Assembly (NCBI GenBank): GCA_951406725.2
Contig: OX597816.1
Span: forward strand, 130,448,001-130,512,000
DNA: 64,000 bases
DNA from: Octopus vulgaris
Taxonomy: Eukaryota
Direction: 5' to 3'
Shown here: piece after piece, positions 13,300 through 30,125 of the stretch
Layout: each line of letters starts with the position of its first letter
Position numbering within the stretch: position 1 is the first letter of the stretch
Translations under genes and position numbers: made by a program
The notes under the pieces: generated by a model
What the model saw: the letters and a program-made list of their open reading frames with translations, nothing else
What the model was told of the DNA's origin: nothing
The model's database searches: none

Positions 13300-13830
13300 G
13301 TGTATTAAGGTGGACTGATCGTAGAACACGACAGCGAGAAGTCAATCGAGAGCGGCAGAGAAGATATAAGGAAAAAAAGTCGGGCAAGGGCAAAGAGAAA
13401 GAATAAGAATTAGAAACAAAGGGAGGAGAGTCGGGAACAACGAGAAACATTAACTCAGGAGGAAAAGAATGAAATTAATGCAAGGAATGGAGCGAGAAGA
13501 TGTCATATGACGAACGACGAAGCTGAAGCTAATAGGGGAAGAACGAGAATTGTTAATAAAGAAAGAAGGCAAAATATGAAAGATGATGATATACAAGTAC
13601 ATTTTGTGCAAGCCAGAATGAGAAAACAGACAAGAAGAGAAAACATCACTGAAGGCAGACAAGGTTTCATAGAAATTAATCAAAGGTTTAAGAGTGAAGA
13701 TATTGCTACAGAGTAGGGAGATATTTATAGCTGATACTGTACCACAAAATAATATAATATAATATAATAATAATATAAAAATGGAAAAGGTGCTGCTGGT
13801 TATGTTACTGTGAAACGATGAGTGTGAGAA
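13300..13830 (+). mobile_element. Decayed Helitron Rep/helicase N-terminal region (putative)
   Basis: Arg/Glu-rich quasi-repeats (RQREVNRERQRRY, NKERRQNM, QARMRKQTRRENIT) followed by Cys remnants, resembling the start of Helitron RepHel. Confidence 0.45.
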
Positions 13831-14517
13831 CTGGTAAAAATTGAAAAAAAGGATTAACTTTTTTTTTTATAAGAATCGTAAAGAAATTTTGCACTTCAAA
13901 TTCATATTACATAACCCCCGCCAATATATATCAAATTAATGCATTTGTAACTTATTCATCCGAAAAGCAAAGTGGACCTTGGCGGAATTTGAATTCAGAT
14001 CTTAAGAACGGACGAAATGTCGCTAAGCATTTTGTCCAGCCTGCTAACAATTCTGTCAGCTCGCCGCCTTAAGTAAGCCATAAATATTAAAAGAGAGAGA
14101 GAGAGGGTGATGGATTTTAATATTTTCCATCGCTGATGCCAGTTAATGGCAGAATTCGTGGAGCGACGGACGAAAATATTTTGTGGTAATTAGCCGAGGT
14201 CAAATTTGTTTTTCGTTCTTTTGTGGTTTTCAAAATAAGCACTAGCCAAAGATATAATCGCCCACACCCTCCTACAAAATTCGATGCCTTGCACCTATGT
14301 TAGTAATGAATGTTTTTCTGTGTTGAGACCAATGAATGCAGAAAGTATCAACTGAGCAGAGGATAAATCACAAATGTGTAACAACAGTTACTCGTTTTTG
14401 ATCGTTTAGTCACAGGAGAACAGTGCTCATAATCCCTGCCAGGGCTTCTAAAGCTGGTGAGAAAAAACGTAAGTTATCCTCAGATCAGAGACATGGTCAA
14501 AGCAGTTGCAGTAGAGT

Positions 14518-15017
14518 CAGTGACATAACTAACAAGGGAGCAAGAGGGGCGACTGCTCCTAACTAACACATTTTTCAAAATTGGCGCCTTTTCAACAATT
14601 TGTTTTTAATTTGTGCGATAAAAGTCGAATCTCTTTTTCTTTTTTGCGATAAAAGTCGAATCTCTTTTTCTTTTTTTTTTATCGCATAGCCTTAGAAGAA
14701 CTTTCTGGAGTCATTATTTTATTTGGCCAACTTCCCGTGTTTTTGAGCTGCCTTCTCAATCTCCTGTAATGTGTTGGTGTACAAACCCTGACGTCATAAC
14801 CTCTCGACATGGACGATCCTGTGGAGTTTCATCTTTGCCATATCACACCTATATCAAGTAGTTCATACATAATCGTATTGTTACTGAAGCATGGAATTGA
14901 TGAATGTAGAATACAATTACGTATGTTTTAACTAATGAAATACTTCCCATAGTATAAGAAAAACGAGTTAAAAATTGTTTGGTGTGTCACTGCGCCCTTT
15001 TTATGTGTACGCTCCCC
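14518..15017. mobile_element. Possible old hAT-like non-autonomous element
   Basis: cagtgacataacta...ggggcgactgctcc left end and gtacgctcccc right end; internal 31-bp tandem duplication at 14614-14676. Confidence 0.3.
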
Positions 15018-15489
15018 CTACATGTCAGATTCTTTACACATCACATCGGATAAACGTAATGATCTTTTCTATGAGTTCTGCTATGAAGAAAGAACTGTTT
15101 TGGAGAACAAGGAATAATAAATCCTTGACTGAAAATGATAAACGGAGTCTAAAGGTCTACGAGACACTCCTGGACTAATGTCACGGAGGAAATCCATGGA
15201 CGCTACAGTCTCATTATTTCTCATATGGGTTTACGTTATTCCACACGCGTAAAAAAAAAAAGACTGTAGGAAACTGATAATCGGCGAGTGTCATACGCGG
15301 GGGGTGGGGTGCGCACGTGTGTGTACTTGGTTGTGTGTGAGTGTGTGACGTGTGCGAGGTGTGTATGTGTATGCGTGCGTGCGTGTGTATGTTCATGCGC
15401 TCGCTTGCGCGTGTGTATGTAGAGCAAAATGGATGTGTCAAACTAACTGATACACATACATTTCATTTGTATGAGATTAACTGCAGTCA

Positions 15490-15790
<301 letters not shown>

Positions 15791-15849
15791 TAATACATCG
15801 TTTTATGTTTGTGCACTTTCCTGTGACCTAGCATAAATTAACAAGCTTT

Positions 15850-16100
15850 TCTGTCTACGATAGAGACAGGTTGAAGTTTAAGCCAAGTTACCTGTCTCTT
15901 GCTCACTTGAGAAGAACACCAATCACTTGAACACGTTCAAATACCCTTCTAGCCACACTAACTCTAATCCCAATCTCCACATCATATACACAACAAACAG
16001 GATATTTATTTGTTCTCCAAAGACGGCTAACACTTGTTGTATCGAGTTCAAATGGAGAATGTTTATATTTATATTGCCAAACGAAGGTCAATCAAGGTAA
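15850..16100 (-). mobile_element. Decayed LINE RT C-terminal fragment (RTE-like)
   Basis: KYPVCCVYDVEIGIRVSVARRVF resembles the KYLG...EI..RI..AR.AF motif. Confidence 0.45.
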
Positions 16101-16124
16101 CTTCATTAGACGCTAAGTTTTAAA

Positions 16125-16360
16125 TAGCTGGCATGATCGTTAGATTGTCGGAAGAAATGCTTTGCAATATTTCCTCTGGCTTTATGCATTCTAAGTTCAA
16201 GTACCGCCGAGGTCAATTGTACCTTTCCTCCTCCAAGGTCGATAAAAAAATGTACCAGTCAAGTACTAGGGGTTAGTAGTATCGACTTATCCCCACTTCT
16301 CAAAATTGCTTCCCATCGTCATCAGCAGTTTTCATAGGAGAATAGGTATTATTGATATTT

Positions 16361-16419
<59 letters not shown>

Positions 16420-16574
16420 TAATAATAATAATCAACTTTGCTTTTCATCCTTTCGGGGTCGATAAATTAAGTACCAGTTACGCACTGGAGTCGATGTAAT
16501 CGACTTAATACCTATGTCTGTCCTAGTTTGTCCCCTCTGTGTTTAGCCCCTTGTGGGTAATAAAGAAATAAATA

Positions 16575-16642
<68 letters not shown>

Positions 16643-17310
16643 TTATTATTATTATTAAAGGCGTCGAGCAGGCAGAAACGTTAGCACGCCAAGCGAAATG
16701 CTTAGCGGTATTTCGTCTATCTTTATCTTCTGAGGTCAAATTCTGCCGAGGTCGACTTTGCCTTTCATCTTTTCGGGGTCGATAAATTAAGTACCATTTG
16801 TGTATTGAGGTCGATCTAATCGACTGGCACCCTCCCTCAAAATTTCAGGCCTTGGTGCCTAGAGTAGAAAAGTTTCTTCTTCTTCTTCTTCTTCTTCATC
16901 ATCATCATCATCTTCTTCTTCTTCTTCTTCTTCTTCTTCTTCTTCTTCTTCTTCTTCTTCTTCTTCTTCTTCTTCTTCTTCTTCTTCTTCTTCTTCTTCT
17001 TCTTCTTCTTCTTCTTCTTCTTCTTCTTCTTCTTCTTCTTCTTCTTCTTCTTCTTCTTCTTCTTCTTCTTCTTCTTCTTCTTCTTCTTCTTCTTCTTCTT
17101 CAAGTGGCGCGCTGGCAGAATCAGTAGCGTGTCGGACTGAATGCTCAGCGGCATCTCTTCTGTCTTTACGTCCCGAGTTCAAATTCCATCGAGGTCGACT
17201 TTGCTTTTCCTCCTTTTAGGGTCGATAAATTATGTACCTGTTGAGCACTGGGGTCGATGCAATCGACTAGCTACCTCCCTACACATTTTAGACCTTGTGC
17301 CTATCATAGA
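16125..17310 (+). mobile_element. Cluster of four SINE family B copies (Nin-domain-like) separated by (AAT)n and (CTT)n
   Basis: Copies at ~16125-16310, 16430-16570, 16659-16870 and 17105-17310 with core gactttgcctttcatcctttcggggtcgataaattaagtacc. Confidence 0.85.
16874..17101. repeat. Long (CTT)n/(GAA)n trinucleotide repeat
   Basis: About 75 triplets with a short (CAT)n interruption. Confidence 0.97.
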
Positions 17311-17529
17311 AAGGATTATATTTATTATTAGAGTAGTGGTTGTCACTATTGCTAGAGCGTCGGACAAAATGCCTCGCAGTATTTTCTTGGGCTCTTTATT
17401 TTTTGAGTTCAAATTCTTCCGAAGTGCATTTTTCATCGTTATTCTTTACTGTAACTATTTCATAGATTTCACCTCACCAATGTCTATAACGCCAAGTTGT
17501 ACTCGCCGATTCAACTATGGAGGGTTCTA

Positions 17530-17900
17530 GTAGTTCACCGTTGCTACTTTCATGTTGTCATGAAGAGATCGAATGAGAGGTTTTCCAGGTACCCCAGCTT
17601 GAGAAAGATGCTCATCAAAGAGTTGGCCTGTGTACAGTGTCAAAGGCCCGGGTAAGATCGATGAAACACTAATACAAAGATGTTCTTTGCACTTCTCTTG
17701 AACTTGTCGAGCTGTAAAGATCATATCAGTTGTACTTCGATTCGGCTGAAAGTCACATTGTGACTCAGGATGAATGTCTGGTGAAACATGGCTAGAAACT
17801 GATCGAAAAGTCTTTTGACAAAGATTTTGCCAACAATTGACAACAGGGGGATCCCACCATAGTTATCACAAAATGTCTTTGGGTCCTTTCTTAGTAAAGA
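17530..17900 (-). mobile_element. RTE-clade LINE reverse transcriptase fragment
   Basis: CDNYGGIPLLSIVGKIF...PESQCDFQPNRSTTDMIFTARQVQEKCKEH. Confidence 0.8.
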
Positions 17901-17962
17901 AACGAGAATGGCACCTATCCACGTGCACATATACAAGTGGGCACAGGCATGGATGACATTGC

Positions 17963-17963
<1 letters not shown>

Positions 17964-17993
<30 letters not shown>

Positions 17994-18570
17994 TGTATGT
18001 ATGTATGTATGTATGTATGTATGTATGTATGTATGTATGTATGTATGTATGCATGCATGCATGTATGCATGTATGTATGTATGTATGTATGTATGTATGT
18101 ATGTATGTATATTCTCTTCTCTTTTTAATTATTGAAATTCTTCTTGAGGAAGGAGCTGGTTTCTAACAAAGACAAAAACTCCATCGTTGAAATGTAGATA
18201 ACGAAAACAATATCACATGTATGTATGTATGTATGTATGTATGTATGTATGTATGTATGTATGTATGTATGTATGTATGTATGTATGTATGTATGTATGT
18301 ACGTACGTACGTACGTACGTATGTATGTATGTATGTATGTATGTATGTACGTACGTACGTACGTATGTATGTATGTATGTATGTATGTATGTATGTATGT
18401 ATGTACGTACGTACGTATGTATGTATGTATGTTTAACCTCTCCCTGATACGTATGTATGTATGTATGTATGTATGTATGTATGTATGTACGTACGTACGT
18501 ACGTACGTACGTATGTATGTATGTATGTATGTATGTATGTATGTATGTATGTATGTATGTATGTATGAAT
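17964..18570. repeat. (TATG)n/(TACG)n microsatellite blocks
   Basis: Direct inspection. Confidence 0.95.
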
Positions 18571-18579
18571 GTACGTCTC

Positions 18580-18975
18580 ATTTATCAGGGAGAGGTTAAA
18601 CAATCTGTGTCGAGAAGCCGGTGTTGGTTTAATTGTAAAAACGCATTTGGTTTCTCGTGGTTTCTCTAAACGTATAATGACATTGCGGTTGCAACTTAAC
18701 TCGAAACAATTCATGAGAGTGGTTAGTGTTTATGCGTCAAGTCTTGTTGAAGGAACTAAACAGCTTTTATGGTGTTTGAGAATAATTTTGAAAAGTGTTA
18801 ATAAAAAGGACAAACTTATACTTCTTGGGGAACCTAAATGCCCACGTAGGACGTGTTTCTCAACTTGGAGTAGCATAAGAAATCACGGAATGGGGAAGTG
18901 CAAAGCAAATGGGCTACTCTTATTATAGCTATGTCAAGAGTTAGACCTTGTGATAACTAATAATTGGCTCAGGCA
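18580..18975 (+). mobile_element. RTE-clade LINE AP-endonuclease fragment
   Basis: REAGVGLIVK...RIMTLRLQL...VVSVYA...DKLILLG..NAHVG...HGMGKCKANGLLLL.LCQELDLVITN. Confidence 0.8.
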
Positions 18976-19094
18976 AAAAAATAAATAAATACCTAAAAAT
19001 TAAAAAAAAACATTAAAAAAAAATTTAAAGCAAAACATGCATACACGCACGCACGTACATGCATATGTATTTGTATACGTTTTGGTGTACACTT

Positions 19095-19420
19095 GAAGGT
19101 ACCACTTCGCCTCGCGGTGCTCATTTCTCTGACGGACCGCCGCAATCCCTACTTTGCAGAGGAAATCAGTAGTACGGGGTCCTAGAACACCCGATCCCTC
19201 GACAGCGACAAGGACAAACTAATAGCGGCCGGTCAGACTCCAGTGCTTAATTACTTTTCTCTCCTTTGCATTGCGGGTGGCGACACCGGGGTTTGTGGAA
19301 GATGCCGTGTGGGCCATTCTCTGCGGCAATGCCATTACGGTCATTAACGTGGGGCGCGGCTGAGCACCCCACTAGTCCTGCGATGTGTGAACCATCACAT
19401 CCCCTCCATCTTCCGCTGCT
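19095..19420 (-). mobile_element. CRE-like non-LTR retrotransposon, RLE-domain C-terminal remnant
   Basis: NAKERKVIKHWSLTGRY*FVLVAVEGSGVLGPRTTDFLCKVG...EHREAKWYLQ resembles CRE-clade K..KY....F.PVAVET.GV.GP....FL. Confidence 0.6.
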
Positions 19421-19559
19421 TTGCTCTCTTTTTTCTTCATAATTTTTTAAAGTGTGTATTAGTAAATGAATTGCCAATTCCCGATTGTAAAACTTTGTAG
19501 GTGTTCGTAAGCAACTCACGAGTTGGAGTATCACGTTCTCATGGAAGTCTAGGTACAAT

Positions 19560-20215
19560 TGTCTATGAACTGGGAAAATGGTTCTTATTAGCAGCCAATC
19601 GTTTGCATGCTCTGCGTAGTCGAAGCCCATTTCTTCTCTAATTTTCGCTTTGTCTTTTTACACACCTCTCGGATCATTCAAAATCTCCATCAATTACTTG
19701 TTAGTTATCAAAAGGCCGGTGAAATTCATACATACTGCCTTAATCGCTTTCTCTTTGAGTTCACATGTTTTTTGAATGGTGGTAGTGATTGTTTTTCACT
19801 TAGTTTTTGGTGTCCCCGATAGTTTGCAACTTTGTCCATTTTCTATCTCATTACCCGTGCTTGAATAAATTTCTCTGGTAAGGAGACTCAATCTTTTGTA
19901 ACATACTGCCTGTAATGCAAACAAGACAGTTGCTGTTTGTAAAAACAGCTTCACCGTCGCTGACGAGCGAGTATGATCTAGCAGCTTGCACCATGATTTG
20001 ATGTATTCGAAGACTTGCTTTCGGGTCACAAACGGAGATGAGTCTATCTCATTATCACCGGAGGGAAAGTCCCCTGACTGAGCGTAGAGACTACTGATTT
20101 GAGGAATCGTGTCGAACCTATCAGCTGCCTCCCGTTGATGCAATGACGCAATTTGGCGGAGCTGGGAGTTGTTGGTAGGTATCTTCGTCATAGTAGAGAT
20201 CGATGCAAGTGGCAC
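19560..20215 (-). mobile_element. Highly decayed coding remnant, possibly Penelope-like RT-to-GIY-YIG linker
   Basis: 139-aa ORF with weak resemblance only (PFVT, VLFALQ...STGNEI). Confidence 0.25.
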
Positions 20216-20481
20216 TTTAGTGTTAACTGAATGGGGATTACTCTAAAGGAATTTCTTTCTCTTTGAAGTGCACCTGAACACTATACACAATAATTTCATT
20301 ATTATTATTATTATTTCATCATATTTGATGGCGTATATGATGGCGTATTTAGTGTAATTTACTTTCTTGTTCATAGCTCTGTCTGCTCCTCCAGAAGAGC
20401 CATACTAAAATAATGTACAATGTAATAAAAACAAATATTCTTACGAAAAAATGTATAAAGGCAGACTCCAGGTATTGGGAT

Positions 20482-22846
<2,365 letters not shown>

Positions 22847-22958
22847 AATGAGATAGACGTATACACGTTCTGAAGTCTCTGCAAAGAAAAAAAATTCATC
22901 CAATAAAACTTGGTAATGATTTGATGAAGTTAATCAATTTAATCAATCTTAATACTAC

Positions 22959-23034
<76 letters not shown>

Positions 23035-23035
<1 letters not shown>

Positions 23036-23330
23036 CCTTTCTACTGCAGGCACAAGGCCTGAAGTTTGGGGGAGGGTATTAATCGATTACATCGACCCCA
23101 GCAATTGACTGGTACTTATGTCATCGACCTCGAAAGAATGAAAAGCAAAGTCGACCGCGGATGAAACGATTACATCGACCCCAGGCTTTATCTGGTACTT
23201 ATTTTATCGACCCTGAAAGGGTGAAAGGTAAAGTCGATCTCGGCGGAATTTGAACTCAGAATGTAAAGACCCGAAAGAAATTCTGCAAGGCATTTCGTCC
23301 AACGTTCTACGATTCCGCCAATCCATTAAT
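23035..23330 (-). mobile_element. SINE family B with internal partial duplication
   Basis: cgattacatcgacccca...aaagtcga occurs twice; (AAT)n tract at 22960-23035. Confidence 0.8.
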
Positions 23331-23809
23331 CTTTAGAATTTCTAACACAAGCACAAGATCAGAAATTCGGGGTTATGGTTTAATCGATTAAATCGATATA
23401 TGTACTTGGCTTGTAACTGATTTATTGAACCCGCAGGAATGAAAAGCAATGACATTGCTGGGTGCTCTAATTTATCACCACTTAGCTGTGAAAATTGAAT
23501 TTTCCACTTTAATTTGTTCATTAAGCATCTATTATCACACTGTCTAGCATTAACAGTGAGCAGATGTCTTCCTAAAATTTTATTAGACATTTAAGGTATT
23601 TAGTAGGAACCCACCCCCCCACAAAAACTCAGGACAAATTTTACCATTTTATTAGTAAGAAGAGTTCAACAGAAAAACAAAACAAAATAAAACAAAATAT
23701 ACCAAAAGTAAACCAAAAACAAAGCAAAATAAAAAGCAAGTTTCGCGCACTTTGTTCTGAATCTTACAATTGCATTAACGTTGGCGCCGTACTGCACAGA
23801 ATGCTTTAG

Positions 23810-23899
<90 letters not shown>

Positions 23900-24066
23900 T
23901 GTATGTATGTATGTATGTATGTATGTATGTATGCATGCATGCATGTATGTATGTATGTATATATGTATGTATGTATGTTTGTATGTATGTACATATACAT
24001 TCATATGTAAATATATGTATGTATATATCTATATATGTATGTATATGTCTAAATATGTGTGTATGC

Positions 24067-24125
<59 letters not shown>

Positions 24126-24518
24126 TATATATATAGATATATGCCTAAATATGTGTGTGTATGCGCATATATGTACGCATGCATGTATGTATGTCTATCT
24201 TTGTGCAACTCGATATGGCGACTAACAACTTTATTGCGATAAAATTCGTTATATGTTGGAATTTATGTCGTTCCTTGACTTAGCTAAATCAATTATTAAA
24301 GCGTGTGTTAAACACAACCAGTAGACCATAAAATAAAATGAAAAAAAGAAAATAATAACAATAAACGCATAAGCCCTCACTTATCTCTCAACTAATCGTT
24401 TAATTTATAACGATACATACATATAGATAGATACAGATATAGATAAATGTATGTATATATGAATATTTATGTATACATACATATATATATATATATATAT
24501 ATGCATACATACATACAT

Positions 24519-24558
<40 letters not shown>

Positions 24559-24560
<2 letters not shown>

Positions 24561-24767
24561 CGGGAAGCTTTATGAAAATAGACAAAAGACGAAGGCAGGT
24601 GGAAAACAAACGAACAATTGTATTAGTATGGCGCTCAGGAAATATAAATAAAACAAGTCTTTAACGTTTCGAGCCTACGCTCTTCAACAGAAAGATACAC
24701 AGAGAGAAAAAAAAAAAAACACAGAAAGAAGGAGAGAAAAAAAAAATGCGTGCAGTAGCTAACGAAT

Positions 24768-24770
<3 letters not shown>
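24559..24770 (-). mobile_element. Repeat family P1, HHR-like motif at 24658-24695
   Basis: Minus strand tcttt-CTGTTGA-a-gagc-gtag-gctc-GAAA-cgt-t-aaaga; (TA)n on both sides. Confidence 0.65.
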
Positions 24771-24812
<42 letters not shown>

Positions 24813-25064
24813 CATGTATGTGTGTGTGTATACATTTGCATGCATATGTGCGCGCGCACACACACACACACAGAACGTCCTATAATGAGGCAATAAATCT
24901 GTTATAATTGTAAAACGAAGACCCGGTACTTAGCAGACAACTGCCTGTCAAATGTAATTAGTTGTTTTCACTCTTTCTTGTCTATCACTTTGCATAACTA
25001 AGCATCAATGATAATGAAATCCTTCATTCTTACAAGCGGCAGCCTGTGTGTATAATGCGCATGC

Positions 25065-25109
<45 letters not shown>

Positions 25110-25476
25110 TGTGTTGGTATATGTGTCTATAAGTATGTGGTTAATCAATGCACATGCTTACACGAAGGCAATACGAAACAAACAGTTTGACAAACATGGC
25201 GAAATTTATCATTAAATCGAATGATAGATCAAGCAAATGATTTGAGACCGCATGCATGTTTCTACTAAGTAAATAAATAAATAAATAAATAAATAAACAA
25301 ACAAATAAATATCGAGACAGATAAATAAAGGAAGGAAAGATGAAATATACATGCACTGTCTGAGTAAGTGAATATATTTCTCGTCGGAAAAATGCATTTG
25401 ATATACAAAATTAATAACGACTGCATTGCAGTCAGTTGATGTTATTACCTATTTGATGGTCCATGCAAATTTTTAG

Positions 25477-26740
<1,264 letters not shown>

Positions 26741-26984
26741 TTTCGGAAAATTTTGATTGTCGCATTTGAATATGACTTTACACGTTATGGTTATCTTGCG
26801 TTACAATGCTAGTGCATATTTCGACTTTAGTTTTAGGACAGCCTTCGACTGTTTTACAAATTTAAGCTTAAGCTTCGCCGAGGTTTATTTTTATTGCTTA
26901 CTCACGCATTTAATTATGTTATATCAAATTAATGTACAATTTCCTTATTTTAACATTTTAAAATTATATATACCAGACAGTCTT

Positions 26985-27113
26985 TTTTAAGCCTGGTACT
27001 TATAATATCGGTCTCTTTTGCCGAAGTTCTAAGTTACAGGGACGTAAACACACCAACACCGATTGTCAAGCGGTAGTGGGGGACAAACACAGACACAAAG
27101 ACACACACGCACG

Positions 27114-27204
<91 letters not shown>

Positions 27205-27375
27205 GTATATATACGACCGTCTTCTTTCAGTTTCCGCCTACCAAATCCTCTCACAAGGTTTTAGTCGGCCCGGGGCTATAGTAGAAGACACTTGCCCAAG
27301 GTGCCACGCAGTGAGACCGAACCCAGAAACCATGTGGTTAGGAAGCAAATTTCATACCACACAGCCACGGCTGCG
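26985..27375 (-). mobile_element. SINE family A with expanded internal (CA)n
   Basis: Homology to the other family A copies. Confidence 0.85.
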
Positions 27376-27994
27376 GTGTGCGCACATTTTGTCCTGACAG
27401 AAGTTACTGCCAAAATTCGTGGTTTGGTTTCATGGTTGAAGCAGTTGTCTTCCGCTGCAATTAATCTTTGGAACGGTATAACTGTCATCATTTTCTATTG
27501 TTTTCTCTCCCTTAAAATACACCTGCTTTGCCGTAAGCAATCAAATATTACAGACTTAAATACATGACTGTATCATGTTAGAATGAAACTATATCAATGA
27601 ACATAGTAGTTTTCCAGGCATTGCTTTTTTTTATAGAGTTTTAACGTTGTTTTAAAATGAATGAATTTAGCCATATTATTTAAACGATTGAGTTGTGAAT
27701 TCGGATCTTTATGCCTTCCCATATACCGCCCCATTACATGATACTGTTTGTATCCAAAGGAGAACTATTATTCATAACTCTCTTTCTATTTTTATGTCAA
27801 ACAGCAAAGCACTTTTAAGCTAAAAACTTCCTGTTCTTTATCTATGACAAGATCACGTCACCTGACACCCCATTTATTATATACGGTGTTTTTATGTTTG
27901 ACCTGGAAGGTATAGCTTGCAAAAGTCAGATTTTTTCCTTTGATTTGTAGCCTGAAGCAGGAATAAGTGTCACGACGTTTAGTACTTACCTCAA

Positions 27995-28200
27995 GGGAAC
28001 CTTCTTGGGGTTGCTCGACCTGCTAGAAATACTAGTAAAACCTCTCTCAAATGACACCCAACTCATTTAGAAAAGGCAGGAAACATTGAATGATATAGTC
28101 CTGGATATGGAATACCGCACGAGGGAAAAATTGATGGATATAGCTGGAGAACACTTTAGACATTATGTCTGTTCAATCAGCGTTGACCTAGGGGTGGTGG
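27995..28200 (+). mobile_element. Old interspersed repeat family D
   Basis: gacctgctagaaata...tctcaaat..cac...aaagg motif recurs near 31090, 35990-36690 (-), 40920-41500, 46060-46230 (-) and 59560-59740 (-). Confidence 0.5.
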
Positions 28201-28611
28201 TGGTAAACAACGGCAATAACGAAGTAGAACGGCCAGGAGGGGGATAAGTCGATTACATCGACCCCAGTACTCAACTGGTACTTATTTTATCGATCCCTAA
28301 AGGATGGAAGGCGAAGTGGACCTTGGTGAAATTTGAACCCAGAACGTGAAGATGGACGAAATGCCGCTAAGCATTTTACCCGGCATGCTAAAGATTCTGC
28401 CAGCTCACCGCCTTAATTTGAATCCATAATATTAGGCACATAAATTCATGTGTTCTTAAGTCATCCACTAGGCATTTTATTATATCTTTAGGTGAGAAGC
28501 TTCTTAATACTTAATTGGTCAGTTAGATAATACATATCAGTTTGCTTAATCACAAAATATACATGAGTAAATCCTGATACACCATCTGATATAGACTATC
28601 CTTGCGAGGAG

Positions 28612-29715
28612 TGAAGGTGCCTGGCTTAGTGGTTAGAGGCATTTGATTCACGATCATAAGGTCGTGAATTTGATTCCCGGCAGCGCGTTGTGTCCTTGAG
28701 CAAGACACCTTATTTCTTTACTGCACACAAGGGGCTACACTCAAAGGGGACAAACAAGGATAGACAAACGGACTAAGCCGATTACATCGACCCCAGTGCG
28801 TGACTGGTACTTAATTTATCGACCCCGAAAGGATGAAAGGCAAAGTCGATCTCGGCGGAATTTGAACTCAGGACGTAGCGGCAGACGAAATACCTATTTC
28901 TTTACTACCCACATGGAGATACACACAGAGGGGACAAACAAGGATAGACAAACGGACTAAGCCGATTACATCGACCCCAGTGCGTGACTGGTACTTAATT
29001 TATCGACCCCGAAAGGATGAAAGGCAAAGTCGATCTCGGCGGAATTTGAACTCAGGACGTAGCGGCAGACGAAATACCTATTTCTTTACTACCCACATGG
29101 GGATACACACAGAGGGGACAAACAAGGATAGACAAACGGACTAAGCCGATTACATCGACCCCAGTGCGTGACTGGTACTTAATTTATCGACCCCGAAAGG
29201 ATGAAAGGCAAAGTCGATCTCGGCGGAATTTGAACTCAGGACGTAGCGGCAGACGAAATACCTATTTCTTTACTACCCACATGGGGCTACACACAGAGGG
29301 GACAAACAAGGATAGACAAACGGACTAAGCCGATTACATCGACCCCAGTGCGTGACTGGTACTTAATTTATCGACCCCGAAAGGATGAAAGGCAAAGTCG
29401 ATCTCGGCGGAATTCGAACTCAGAACGCAACGGCAAACGAAATACTGCTAAGCATTTCGCCCGGCGTACTAACGTTTCTGCCAGCTCGCCTTGAGCAAGA
29501 CACCTTATTTCCCGTTGCTCCAGTCCACTCAGCTGGGAAAAACGAGTAACACCTGTATTTCAAAGGACTAGCCTTATCACGCTGAATTTCCCCGAGAACT
29601 ACGTTATGGGTACGCGTGTCTGTGGAGTGCTAGCCACTTGCACATTAATTTCACGAGCAGCCCGTTCCGTTGATCGGGTCAGCTGGAACCCTCATCGTCA
29701 TAACCAACGGAATGC
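28612..29715 (+). mobile_element. tRNA-derived SINE family C interrupted by a family B tetramer
   Basis: Head gaaggtgcctggcttagtggttag; body resumes at 29489; homologous to the uninterrupted copy at 44436-44735. Confidence 0.85.
28717..29490 (-). mobile_element. SINE family B tandem tetramer, 184-bp period
   Basis: tatttcttta at 28711, 28895, 29079 and 29263; head only on the last unit; ccttgagcaagacaccttatttc duplicated at 28694-28716 and 29489-29511. Confidence 0.92.
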
Positions 29716-29839
29716 GAGTGTATGTGAGGAGTGAATTGTTTCTAATATGCTTTTGAACAATTAAAAGTAAAGACCTATGATCCGAATGAATAGAAAATTG
29801 AGGTGGGAAAAAATTATACACGGTAATCACAAATATTGG

Positions 29840-30125
29840 GTTCAAATATTTGGCACTAGGTCAGCAATTTGGGGGGAGGAGATAAGTCAATTACATAGAC
29901 CCCAGTGTCCAACTGGTACATATTTTATCGACCCCCAAAAGGATGAAGGATGAGTTACGTCAATTACATAGATCCCAGTGTCCAACTGATACATATTTTA
30001 TCGACCCCAAAAGGATTTAAAGCAAAGCTGACCTCAGCAGAATTTGAGCTAAGGGCATAAAAAGGACGAAGTTCCGTTAAGCATTTTGCCCCGGCGTGAT
30101 AACGATTCTGCCAGCTCGCCGCCTT
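29840..30125 (-). mobile_element. SINE family B with ~60-bp internal duplication
   Basis: gtcaattacataga.cccagtgtccaactg occurs near 29887 and 29959. Confidence 0.8.

Noticed and set aside
16798-17182. Poly-Leu, poly-Lys and poly-Glu ORFs
   Set aside because: Reading frames of the (CTT)n repeat between two SINEs
28711-29447. CRISPR-like regular array
   Set aside because: Whole 184-bp units repeat with no unique spacers, units are SINE-derived, no cas genes, eukaryotic context
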